Origin: Neophaeotheca triangularis
Lineage: Eukaryota
Length of the DNA stretch: 64,000 bases
Reading direction: 5' to 3'
Assembly (NCBI GenBank): GCA_054600435.1
Contig: BAAIJX010000002.1
Coordinates: forward strand, 310,001-374,000
Position 1 is the stretch's first letter, and every line of letters begins with the position of its first letter. Positions 48,768 through 60,126 of this stretch are shown piece by piece. The position numbers were made by a program, and so were the translations under genes. The notes beneath the pieces are model-generated. The model was given only the letters and a program-made list of their open reading frames with translations. It was not told the DNA's origin and ran no database searches.

Positions 48768-51338
48768 ATGGCCACGGTTCTGCCAACACGGGCGCAAACA
48801 AACTCGACAAGCAGTTCGTCCGGAGCATCGACACACCCCTCCAGTCAGCCCTCCTTCTCTTCATTCCCCTCCCGCAATCGCTCGACATCGCAATCGAGTA
48901 AACAGAGTCTCGCACGCCAACACAACCGCAACGTCTCCTCGTCACAGCATCCTGCTCAAACCACAACGAATAATGGCGCGACACATAGTCGCTTCCCCAA
49001 AGAACCATTGCCAAAACCCACCTATAAACCCGTCAAGTCGCAGTACCCTCGAGGCAGTACCGAGAAACATGTCGAATACATTCTCGTCGCTAGTTTTGAT
49101 ATTGACAGGGGGAGTATTATGGAGCATCAATATCCCGCTCCCGTGGGCGGCGACGAGCATATGCTGGCTGAGTTGATGTTGCCGGACCAAGCGCACGTCA
49201 GGAGTCAAGACTGGACCGTCTTCTTCTTGCACAAGGACGTAAGCGTTGATGACGACGAGGACGAGGACGAGGTGGGGGATAGTGCGAGTCTGCGTAGGCG
49301 AAAGAGGAGGAGAAGGCGGAGACGAGCCCTTGAAGAGGGTGACCAGACGGTGGGCGGTAGCGCAGAGGGGGAAGACCAGGACAGCACTGGAGACCATAGC
49401 GACGAGGGATCCGATAGTGACTTGGAAGAGCAAGACACAGATGGGCCTCCTTTGGTCTACGTCCTGAATCTAGTCAACACCAAGCATGAGAGCAGTGTCA
49501 AACGTGGAGCCATTGTCAAAGCCATGGCCATTTGCACACGGCATAGCTTCCTGCATATTTACAAACCGTTGTTGCTTCTAGCACTGGAACAGTACTTTTC
49601 CCAACCCGTACCGGAGACATTGGCGGCCCTTTACGATGCCGTCAACGGTATGGACCTGTCGCTGATGCCCCACCTCAATCTCTTTGAGCGCTTCATCCTA
49701 CAGAGCAGCGACGCCAAAGACATGTTTGTCGAGAAGTTCGAAGCAATTATTGCCCAACGCATGGCGGAGAAGGAGAGACAAGAGAGCCTTGCATCTGTCG
49801 ACACCACCACGGATCCCGTTTCCCCAACCAGCGGTCCATGCTCACGCTACGGGCTTCCACGAGACACTCACGAATTCGAGTCCGTCATTCGATACACCAA
49901 TGTTCCTGTTCCCGTCAAGATACCCACCGCCCTAGCTGCAGAGACTGTAGGCGACTTTAGCCTCATCAAGCTGATCCAAACCTTTAGCACGCCACATTCG
50001 ACTTCTCCCGTGCCATTCTCACCAACACATCCCCACCTCACCACGAATGGACCGGGGACGCATCCCATCATCGTCCTCCTCAACGCTCTGTTGACGCAAA
50101 AACGTGTCATATTCCTCGGTCACAACCTCCCCTCGTCCTCCGTCGCTGAAGCGGTTTTGGCAGCTTGCAGTCTGGCGTCAGGAGGCTTCTTGAGGGGATT
50201 CACACGGCATGCCTTTCCGTACACAGATTTGACCAAGATCGACGACCTCCTGAAAGTGCCAGGCTTCATTGCAGGAGTTACAAACCCTGCATTTGGACAT
50301 CACGCAGAATGGTGGGATGTGCTTTGCGATCTTTCCGCGGGCCGGATCAAAATATCCGCCAAGATTGAGATGCCTCCCTTGACAGAAGGAGTAGTATTCT
50401 TCCAAAACAACAATGGCGGTGTGCCATCTTCTGCGTCGACAGCAACCAGCCACGCAGCATCCGGACACATGGCAAACTCGGCCTTTTTGACAGGCAACAC
50501 CAGCGGCGATGCCACGGGCGACCAAGCATTCATGGCCCATGTCCTTTCAGCTATCAGCGAACGACAAGGCGAAAATGCCATCCGCAGCAAGTTCCGCCTT
50601 TGGGTGTTGAAATTCACCCGCCTAGCCGCCAGCTTCGAGGAAGCCGTCTACGGCGCCTCAGCCCTGCATATCCAACCCGCGCCTTCCCCTCCCTCGTTGC
50701 ACCCGGAAACCGCCACCAACTCCCCCATCAGCCCCTCCACCCCTGGAACTGCCGCCGACGCAGCCTACCCGCCCGAAACAACTGGCCACGGTTACATCTG
50801 GCCCAGCGCGAGCGCCAAAACGCACGAGCTCGCCGCCAACGCCACGCGCGTCGAAGGCTGGCGCAACACACGCTCCTATTACAACTTCATCCAAGACCTG
50901 GCCGCGCACTTTCCACACCAACCCGTCAAAGACCTCGACCTGCAGCACCTCCACGACAAACTCGCAAAACTACGCCTGCCCGCCTCCTCACCGGCTGCAG
51001 GCGCCGACTCCTCAGCTGAAGGCCTATACCTGACCATCTGCACTACGATACAAACGCCGGCGGAAATCACGCAGCTGCTCTCCGTCATCATCAATTCGAC
51101 TTCCCTGCCTTCGGCGCTTTTGAGCCAGGGCAGCCAGCCCGGCGGCTTGTTTTACTTGGCTTTGGGCTTGTTGCACCCAAAGCGCGAGGTCCGAGAGGCT
51201 GTGGCGGCGTTGTTGGGGCGGGTGCGGGAGCATGAGGCTGGAAGACATTTCTGGACTGGGCTGGGCAGGTTTATGCGCGGGGTCTGGGAGAGGGTCGTTG
51301 CGGGGATGGAGGAGTGGGATGAAGAGGAGGGGAGGTGA
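48768..51338 (+). CDS. AFI1: Afi1/MesA polarity-axis stabilisation protein (Arf3-interacting)
   Basis: 856 aa intact [77 protein letters not shown]. Confidence 0.9.
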   Translation: MATVLPTRAQTNSTSSSSGASTHPSSQPSFSSFPSRNRSTSQSSKQSLARQHNRNVSSSQHPAQTTTNNGATHSRFPKEPLPKPTYKPVKSQYPRGSTEKHVEYILVASFDIDRGSIMEHQYPAPVGGDEHMLAELMLPDQAHVRSQDWTVFFLHKDVSVDDDEDEDEVGDSASLRRRKRRRRRRRALEEGDQTVGGSAEGEDQDSTGDHSDEGSDSDLEEQDTDGPPLVYVLNLVNTKHESSVKRGAIVKAMAICTRHSFLHIYKPLLLLALEQYFSQPVPETLAALYDAVNGMDLSLMPHLNLFERFILQSSDAKDMFVEKFEAIIAQRMAEKERQESLASVDTTTDPVSPTSGPCSRYGLPRDTHEFESVIRYTNVPVPVKIPTALAAETVGDFSLIKLIQTFSTPHSTSPVPFSPTHPHLTTNGPGTHPIIVLLNALLTQKRVIFLGHNLPSSSVAEAVLAACSLASGGFLRGFTRHAFPYTDLTKIDDLLKVPGFIAGVTNPAFGHHAEWWDVLCDLSAGRIKISAKIEMPPLTEGVVFFQNNNGGVPSSASTATSHAASGHMANSAFLTGNTSGDATGDQAFMAHVLSAISERQGENAIRSKFRLWVLKFTRLAASFEEAVYGASALHIQPAPSPPSLHPETATNSPISPSTPGTAADAAYPPETTGHGYIWPSASAKTHELAANATRVEGWRNTRSYYNFIQDLAAHFPHQPVKDLDLQHLHDKLAKLRLPASSPAAGADSSAEGLYLTICTTIQTPAEITQLLSVIINSTSLPSALLSQGSQPGGLFYLALGLLHPKREVREAVAALLGRVREHEAGRHFWTGLGRFMRGVWERVVAGMEEWDEEEGR

Positions 51339-52867
51339 GGAGAGGTGAGGTGGTTGACGAGGTGGCATTTTGAATAGAAACGTTGGCGGGCTTTCTATTT
51401 TCGCCAAATAACAGGCAAGCATTGCTAATAAGGGGTATCCAGTCCATGCGAAAGCTTCCAATCCTCGTGATTCCCTTCCCTAGTCCCACGCTATGCTATG
51501 CTATGCTGGCGAGAGCCGTGACGGCCGCAAAGAATGTTCCAACGAGCTGCTTCAACCTCCCCTCCATCCCCCCGCCCAATCTATATCTACATGATACCAG
51601 ACCCAACTCCTCCCCTTCCCCACTCCCCCACCCGCCCCCAACACAAACCACCCTCAACCCCCCTTCGCCCCCACCTCCCTCCCAATCAAAACAGCCTGCC
51701 TACCAAACTCCTCCCAAAACCCCCTCCCATTCCCCATAACCGCCCCACCACCCTCCCTACCCTCCCCCTCACCAAGTCTATAAACCCCCACCCTCCCCCC
51801 GGCAACCCCAAAACTCCTCCCCAAAAAAACCTCCTCGGCGCTCGTCCGCCCACCTCCTGCACCATCCCCATTCGCATTCGCATTCGCATTCGCCCCAGCC
51901 GTGGTTTTTTCCCCGCCGCTAGCACCCGTGATGGCACTCGAGCCCGCAGCCCAGACGCCCCGGGCCGGCGGCGCTGGAGCTTGGGTGGTGGTGGTGGCGG
52001 TGGTGGAGGAGGAGGTTTGCGGCGCCGGCGAGGCGGTCGAGGAGCGGGATTGGGCGTTGCGGGGCGTTGGGGGTTTGGTGGGAGGGGCGTTGGACGGGGT
52101 CGGGGGTTTGGAGGGCCCGCGGGATGGGGTGGGTGTGTTGCGGGATCGGGTTTGCCAGGGGTTGTTTACGGGGGGATTGGGACTGGGAGTGGGACTGGGA
52201 AGGGGGAGGGAGGTTAGTTTTTTGGAGGTGGGGTTGGTTTTTGGCTGGGGAGAGGACGTACTTTTGCTTTTGGTGGGGGTTGGGGTTTGAGGACATGGTT
52301 GTGAGGGTTGTTGGTTTAGGGGGGGGGGGGGGGAGTGTGATGGCCTCTTTGGGGGAGGATGGGGTTTCGGGGGCACGGACGGAGGCTTTTGACTTTGCGC
52401 GGATCTGGGGTTGAGTGATGGTATGTGAACTGGACAGATGATATGGAGGAGTGGAAGTACTACTTTACTCGCTTGAGGTGTACGATGGTATTAGATAAGA
52501 TAAGATGGTGGAAACGCAGCCTCGGCAAGCTCCTGCTATGGACAGTTTGCCCCCTTTCTAGGGTTTCCGGCGATCCCCTTCTACATACTGTATGTGTCGA
52601 ACATTGCGAGGCCGTACATTTCCACAATAACACATGCCAGAGATCACGAACCCATGCCGACACGCTCTGATCTAGCCTTAATAGGTAGTGTCGTATCGAA
52701 ATGATGAATGGCTCAGAGGAAAGCGACAGCCGTAACAACAGCGCTATAAAGAAATCGTGAACCTAACATACAGGAAGAACCTCGCGTAGAAAGATCTCGC
52801 ATGTGCTTCCCAATTAAGCCCACCACACCAAACCCTTCAAAAATCCCAAACCAAAGCTATCACTCCG

Positions 52868-54891
52868 TCAACCCCTCTCAATCCCCTTCCTAGCCTTCCC
52901 ATTCAGGCCCTCCCGTCCATCATACAAAACACCCCCACCATCTTTCCACTCCGCCTGCCTCTCACCCTCGCCCTCCCTCTGCAGCACAAACCTCTCCACA
53001 GCCTCAAACCCCTTGGTAGCCTCCCCGTACCGCTCCCACAAACCTTCCTGGTAGCCATCCGCCACCTTCTTGACGAAACTCTCCTCATCCCAGCGTTTGC
53101 CAATCAGCTCCTCGAACTTCTCGCCGGGCGAGCGCTCACAACCCCAGACGGCCTTGTAAGCGGCGCCGAGGCCGCACGCGTTGCCGCCAATGTCGAGTTT
53201 GTAGACGCCTTCGGCCGAGCCCAGGACTTCTGCGCAGAGGCGAGCGATGGCGGGGTTGGCGCTGCCGCCGCCGACGAGGTAGACGCGGCGGGGTTGCGGG
53301 GGCAGCGGTTTGCCAGTGGTGGGGTCAGGGGTGGAGTGGACCAGTTTCTGGCTGCGGAGGCGCAGGGATAGGAATTGCGATTCTACTATGTTGCGGGCGT
53401 CGTCGGGGGTGAAGGTTGTGGGGAGTTCTTTGAGAGCTTGCGGGGAAGTCGAGGAGGCGTTGGCGTCGTAGGCGAAGCGCCAGTGGCCGGCGTGCAAGTT
53501 GGGTACGATTTCGGGGCGCGGGAAGTAGAGGCCAAGACGCATTGGGTCGGTAGGGGAGGTTTGGGAGAGCGGGGGTGTGGAGAGGGCGGTTTCGTTGAAT
53601 TGGGACCAGTCTTTGGTCGGGGTGTTGTCGTTGAGTTCGTCCCGGATGTGCTCGCGGGCTAGACCGCCATTTTTGTAGCATAGCATGAACATGTAGAGGC
53701 CCGGGGTTGTCGGGTGGTTCATGAAGTGGTATGCTGGGTCGGGGATGTATTCGGGCGTGCTCATGAGGAAGGTCGTGCTCGTGCCTAGGGAGACCATGGC
53801 ATCCGAGGCGCGAAGGGGGAGGGCGAGGATGGTAGAGGGGTTGTCACCGGTGAATGGGATGATTTGGCAGTCTTGCGGGAAGCCGTAGCGAGACACAAAG
53901 TAGCTGCTGATGCTTCCAAAGGCATCGCCACCGTCTTCGTAGACTTGTCCGAGCTTTTGGCGGATGTCGCTCGTGTCTTCGCTGCCGGCCGTGAGTTGAA
54001 GCAATTTCTCGTTCCAGTCTCCAGCATGGACGTCCCAGAGGTTCATGCCAGTCACATCGCTAATGTCGATGGGCGCAATCTTGCCCAAGAAGACGGAACA
54101 CAAGAATGACGAAACAAGAGAGATCCTAGTGGTCTTTTCGTAATCCTGAGGGTATTTGGTCCGGTAGCGCAGAATCTGCGGTCCACTAAAGCGCTGAAAA
54201 GCCGGTCAGCTAGGGTCAAGCAAAAATACGACAGGAATACTTACGTGGTGGGCCTTGCTCCCAGTGACGTCTGCCAGAGTCTCCTTACTTCCAAGCTGCG
54301 CATCAAACTCCTCACACTGCTCCTGGGTGCTAGCATCCTGCCAGTTGGGGCTGTTTGGGTGCGCAAAAGCAGTCGGCATCTGCTCCATCAAGGACTTGCT
54401 GCTGTCCAGACGCTGCATGGTGGGCTCGGCGTCGCGAGACCAAAAGACAGTACCGTGCTGCATGCCAGCTCCAGAAACACCGCGGACTTTAGTGAACTCG
54501 AGACCAGCGTTTTTCAGGCGCTGGAGCACCAGATCGACAGCCTCTAGCCACATTGCCGTGGGAGCGTAGACTTCGCCCACGGCCGGGTTCGTGAGGACAC
54601 CCTTCTCGATGCCATACTTGGCCAAGTCGGCGTCGAAATCGACCTTGGCTTCGTGACGGAGTTTCAACTCGGAATCAACGACAAGACCTGGTGGGGGGTA
54701 AATCGTTAGCTAACTAATGCCGGTAGAGCATTGCAGCGATTGGGGTAGCGCGAGATCCTACATTTGAGCTGCTGGGTCGACAGGTCGAAACCCTGCAGAA
54801 AAGTAACCGTCAGCTACTGTAGCCCGAGGCGAGTCCCTCCCCTGTCGGTCGTCAAACTTACCATGTACAAGGCGTCCGGTCCTAGCCCCAT
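52868..54891 (-). CDS. XKS1: Xylulose kinase (FGGY family), four exons
   Basis: Spliced N-terminus [79 protein letters not shown]. Canonical GT-AG introns. Confidence 0.93.
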
Positions 54892-55156
54892 TGTCTTCGC
54901 TTTGCGGACAAGCGTGTCGAAGACCATTGTGAGAAAAAAACCGGCAGCTGGCTCGGGGTGCGGTTATAACTTATAAGGTCGAACGTAGTCTCACCGGACA
55001 AGACCAACTCCTCACGATACAACAGTACAGCGCCAAATACTTGGGTTTGGGCTTTGTGACGTCTTATTAGGCGAGGATGAACAACAGTACACGCGGACGA
55101 CAAGGGATTGGCGGGGAGGAGCTCAAGAAGTGTGACAGATACAAAGTGACGGAGTA

Positions 55157-55184
55157 GGAGGAGGAGGAGGAGGAGGAGGAGGAG
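55157..55184. repeat. (GGA)n microsatellite
   Basis: Nine GGA units. Confidence 0.85.
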
Positions 55185-56194
55185 CAGCTATAGTAGTAGT
55201 AAGTATTTCTTGTTGACTACTGCTACTACTGTACCAACTTATTATACTGTACACCGACATGGCCAACTAACAAGCCATAGACGAAGCTCAACGCGGCCAC
55301 ATCATATCCCCGTAAGTTACTGAGTTATTACAGGTAATTTTAGTAGTAGTTATCGTTTAGCCAGCAGTCGTTGCGGGCTACGTGGGGCTGATGATCCATC
55401 TTTTTTTCGCTGGCCGTCGACTTGCTACGTCGGAAGTCGGCGGGGACTCGACCGATACTACTAGTAGTATGTATTATTGTAGCTTGCTTGCTCCGCTTAA
55501 AGCCCACCGCCCGGTTAATGTCGAAGCCCGGGGTGGGAGACCGGCCATTGGTTGATGCGCCTCTCCGGTCTTCTAGAACCGAGCCATATCATGGATATCG
55601 TGCTGGACAAGATATCATCAGTGCTCAGAGAATTATTAGAAACAAATGGAATGAATGCCTAGTTGGTGACGATGATACAGCTATAGTACATTTGAATTCC
55701 AGCGGTAGCTACTACTCTCAAAGCATTAGGAGCCACGGCTGTCAAGTAGCCATGGCGAGGAGCTCAAACCAGCTTCACGTCTTGACTTTGCGAGACAAGA
55801 GGTCATTCGTGCTCGTGTGGGAGCACAGATGCCGGCCAGAAGACAAGAACTGATGCAACTTCCCCAGCTTTCTATTTTGCGAAGCTCTGCGTAATAGCAC
55901 CAAATCTGCACAACCAAGCGATTACGTAGCCGTGACATTGGCTGCGTCCCTGTGCCAGTCATGCCTAACCGACGTGATCATTATGATAACAAGTTCTCTT
56001 TGCCCTGCAATCACGAGGTCCTAGTCGGTATGTTTGAAGTTCGGGGCCTGGCTGGTCGAACGCCCCCTCGCATCCGGCGACTTCCTGAGTAGATGAGGCC
56101 CATAGAGCGGGAAAGCAATCATCCCCGCCCCTGGCTTCAAAGTTTCCGGTCGGCCATCTTGCTCAAGGCTTTTGATCCGAACTTATTTGAATCC

Positions 56195-57331
56195 TCACTG
56201 AATGCCCAGAATGTTCTTCCTAATCCTGTACCACGCCGTCTCATGCGCCGGAATCTCCTCCGCCACTAGCCTCGCGAGCGCGTTCCCATTGTCCAGCACT
56301 CTCGCACCCTGAAGGTCGAGCTTCCACGTTCCCCTGCCTGCCACGTTCATGTACGCCATACCCTCCCTCCTCGCCACGCGACGCAGATCTCGAAGGAAAG
56401 CCGGTACAACATAAACCAGACTCCTGTTGAACCTCGCAACTTTCTCTTTGAATGTCAAGGGTTTATAGGCAGCCTCCCGGTTGCTCCACGCGACTACATC
56501 GCTGACTGGGATGTCCACGGCTCCAATGCTTGTTGCGACGACTTTCCGATCCAGAGCTACTTCGCTCAGATGCACTTCGAAAGGCTTTTGCTTGTAAAAA
56601 GGTATCATAGCCCTGGCTTGGATCTGCAACACGGGCTCGGTTGTCTCAGTCCCCTGTTCCGAAACTCTCGTTCGAGGTACTACCGTGATCGTTCGGACGA
56701 GCTTGCTAGGTCCGAGCCACAGGAGCGCACCGGCACTTGCAACCAGCGTGCAGACAACCATGGTAGGGACTTTTAAGTAGACCGAAGCCGGCATTGCGAA
56801 TATCATGCTTCCAGAGTTCCAGGCATAGAATTGCATCATAAGGCCGGTCATATAGGAGAGCGTGAAGAAGGTTCCGTGGGAAGGCGCTTCGTAGATCATA
56901 GTCCCCTTGCCATCATTGTAATCCAGCAGACGTAAACCGTATCCCTCCTCGCTGCCATGCGGAGTCCCCGTTACTTTGATCATTCCTTCGGATCTGTATG
57001 GTTTGGTTTCAGGCATGGATGGCGGGATGCGAAAACCTTCTTTCTTCTCGCCGGGACTGTTAGACTTGACCCGCTTCGAGTCCACAAGCTCGATTTTGGG
57101 AGTTTTTGAAGCAGCTGCGGTTGCCTTTTTGAGACTCTTTCTCGGCTTTGAGCCGCTTTGAGTAGTATATCGGGTGCTCGTCCACGTAAAGGGTCGGGTT
57201 TGGAGTCGAGGTTCGGGGAATGGTAGGGAGGAAGCCGGGAGCAGGCCGTTGGCGGACAGGAACGCTCGTTGGCGAAGACATGGAGGAAGGCTGAGGAATG
57301 CGCTTCCAGTGCCGGCCATTTTGCAGGCCAT
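56195..57331 (-). CDS. Hypothetical mitochondrial membrane protein with two transmembrane helices
   Basis: 378 aa ORF with an Arg/Ser-rich presequence-like N-terminus, IYEAPSH followed by two hydrophobic segments, then LVRTITVVP. Confidence 0.7.
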   Translation of the reverse strand: MACKMAGTGSAFLSLPPCLRQRAFLSANGLLPASSLPFPEPRLQTRPFTWTSTRYTTQSGSKPRKSLKKATAAASKTPKIELVDSKRVKSNSPGEKKEGFRIPPSMPETKPYRSEGMIKVTGTPHGSEEGYGLRLLDYNDGKGTMIYEAPSHGTFFTLSYMTGLMMQFYAWNSGSMIFAMPASVYLKVPTMVVCTLVASAGALLWLGPSKLVRTITVVPRTRVSEQGTETTEPVLQIQARAMIPFYKQKPFEVHLSEVALDRKVVATSIGAVDIPVSDVVAWSNREAAYKPLTFKEKVARFNRSLVYVVPAFLRDLRRVARREGMAYMNVAGRGTWKLDLQGARVLDNGNALARLVAEEIPAHETAWYRIRKNILGIQ

Positions 57332-57556
57332 GGGAGCCGGTGTTGTTTTGTCAAGAGCTATCTAGTAGAAAGAAACAGGCGTCTCGATGAATTGAAGGCA
57401 TGAAGTCGGCGTGACTGCGGACAAATCCGGAAGTCCGCTGCTCAACTCAACCGCAGTTGAGGCATTGGGCAAAAGTGATGAAGGCTCGCTGATACCTTCT
57501 TCTTCCTACTCTTTACCTTGTTTCCCCGCCGGCCGTAGAGATATACAGTCAACGAA

Positions 57557-59018
57557 ATGGCGAGCGTGGTCAAGGGAGCGCAGCTGACTGCCCGCCTGTC
57601 GCGCGGCCATGTCGCAACAGCAGTCACTGGCCGTAGAGGTAGGTTGAAGACGGGACATTTCGTGGATGAGACGAAACGCATACTAACCTCTATGGGCAGC
57701 CTTCACCTCATGCTCGAGGCGCGATGCCGCTCAAAACTTCACTATGCCTGCGCTCAGCCCAACAATGACCGAAGGAAACATTTCCGGCTGGAGGGTGAAG
57801 GAGGGAGACTCGTTCAGCGCCGGAGACGTCCTGCTCGAGATTGAGACGGACAAGGCGACCATGGACGTGGAAGCGCAGGACGACGGCATCATGTTCAAGA
57901 TTATGCAAGGCGACGGGACGAAGGCTGTCAAGGTGGGCGATCGCATAGGCGTTACGGCGGAGGAGGGCGACGATCTTGGCAGCATGGAAGTACCGGCCGA
58001 GGACAAGAGCGCGAGTAGTGGACAGCCCGCGCGGAAGGATCGACCGTCACCGCAAGAGGAGACTGAGGGTGGGCTTGATACGACCGAAAGCTCCCCGTCG
58101 TCCGTAGAGTCCCCTCCAAGCTCGAAGCCGAATGCAGACGCTTCAGCTGGCGGAGCTGCAGACACTACCCCCGCGAAGCAAAAAGCTGAGGGCGCACAAA
58201 CGGAGAAGTCACAGGGCGGAAAGCCGCAAAAGCAAAAGTACCCTCTATACCCTGCCGTCCAGCACCTGCTACACCAGAACGGCCTGAGCAACTCCGAGGC
58301 CGAACAGATACCCGCCTCGGGGCCCAGCGGAAGATTACTCAAAGGCGACGTCCTCGCCTACCTCGGAAAGATCGAGAAAGACTACCCGTCCAAATCGCAA
58401 GCCCGCCTTAGCAAACTAGGCCACCTGGACCTCTCCAACATCCAAGTCACGAAACCCGAACCCAAGAAAGAGCAGCAACCCGCCGGCGAAACCCAACCCA
58501 CCGAGCCCGAAGCTCCCAGGGAAACGGAAATCGCCCTCCCCATCTCTCTCACAACCGTCATCGCGACCCAGAAGCGCGTCCAAGACACTCTCGGAATCTT
58601 CCTGCCCCTCTCCACCTTCATCGCCCGCGCCTCGGAACTCGCCAACGACGACCTACCCCTCCCCAAAAACCGCCAACCCAGCTCCGACGACCTCTTCAAC
58701 TCCATCGTCGGCCTCGACAAAGTCTCGCCGCCCAAGACGTCCAGCCGCGGCCACTACGTGCCCCAAGTCACGGGGCTCTCTCCCATGCCCCCGCTCGCTC
58801 CCAAAAAGGCCCAGAAACCCGATATCATCGACATGCTGTCGTCTTCCAAGAAGGCCAAGCAGACACCGCTACCCACCGTCCCCGGGGCTGTGGGCGTCGC
58901 GACCGGCAGCAATGTCTTCTCCGTCAGCGCCACGCAGGGTGAGGAGGGCAGGGCGACTGAGTATTTGGAGCGTCTGAAGCTGGCGCTGGAGCAGGAGCCC
59001 GGTAGGCTGGTTCTGTAG
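57557..59018 (+). CDS. PDX1: Pyruvate dehydrogenase complex protein X (E3-binding protein)
   Basis: Intron 57639-57699. Lipoyl domain MPALSPTMTEGNI...EIETDKATMDVEA and E3-binding motif IPASGPSGRLLKGDVLAYL; no acetyltransferase catalytic domain. Confidence 0.92.
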
Positions 59019-60126
59019 ATTCGGCACGTGATGAGTGGCGTGTTATGTAGGATTCGAGCGCAGGCGTCAAGACGGTCTCAAATTAGATATCCGGTGTATT
59101 TTATATGCCCCCTGAATCACGAGTGCGGACTTTGAGTCTGCGTCTGCTTCCAATTTTGCGTCGGTGTTGAATGTGCGAGACACCTTTCGTTTTCGCCGTA
59201 GAGTAGGTATGACTGCTTATGTGGCAGGAGGTGGGCAAAAGTAGATTACGGCATCTGTACATTACATGCTGGTCAACGACCTAGTCAGCACAGCAGTCAG
59301 TCAGTACATTACAGCAGTGGCTCGACATGTACATTCTGCGTGGCCACGAAGCAGCAACGGTCGAAAGGCCCACAACACCCGAGTCACAAAGGGCAAGTAC
59401 TGATCAATCAATCACTTTTTCATCGCTCAAACGCGGATTACTCGTTCATGGGGTATCTACCGTGCGCAACCAACCAAACAAACAAACCAGCGCAGCGCAG
59501 CGCCAAGCAACCAACCGCCCTCATTCGAACCGCAACCTCGACCCCAAGCAAGTACCGCCACGCCAAAAGGGATTAGTCGAAAACGCCAAAGAGAAGAGCG
59601 AAAAAAGCTCCGGAAAAAGCCCTCGTACTTGCCGCCAGAGAAGCGACAACCTCAAGAGAAAAAGCCCTGGTCGATCGGACTCGACGACAAGAAAGGGAAG
59701 GGAAGAGCGCCCATAGGACGCCACACCCTTGGCCCCCCTTCACGTCGGAGTCCGCGGCAGCCTGAGCCTCTTGTTTTCGGTCGCGCCCTCCGACGGATTC
59801 CCGCCCGGATTATAAACCTCGGACGGGGTTTGATCCACCCGCCAGCTTGCGAGAACCGGTAACATGCGCAGCGGGTTTTGGGAATTATAAACTCAACCAG
59901 AACCGTGCGATGCCCGCCGGTGCAAGGGCGGGGGAAACTTAGGCTTCTCCTTCACTCCCGCTCCGCTCCCGCGCTTCTTCCTTTCCCCCTTTTTGTGGTT
60001 TCCTTGTGGAGTGTCGGCTGGGTCGATCAGGCGGTGGCGCGCGCGCGCGCAGAGAAACCCCCCCAGAAAAAACGCCGTTCCCCCACTCCATCACCCCTCC
60101 CCTCCCTTCCCCCGACCTCGGCCCCC

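Noticed and set aside
51654..52376. Pro/Ser/Thr-rich minus-strand ORF and overlapping ORFs between AFI1 and XKS1
   Set aside because: Low complexity, no in-frame ATG for the longest frame, a long G homopolymer at ~52319-52333 that may hide a frameshift, and no recognisable domain. It may be a real small gene but is unsupported.
55422..55962. Short ORFs between XKS1 and the membrane protein gene
   Set aside because: The longer ORF (55422-55853) has a non-ATG start; neither shows recognisable motifs.
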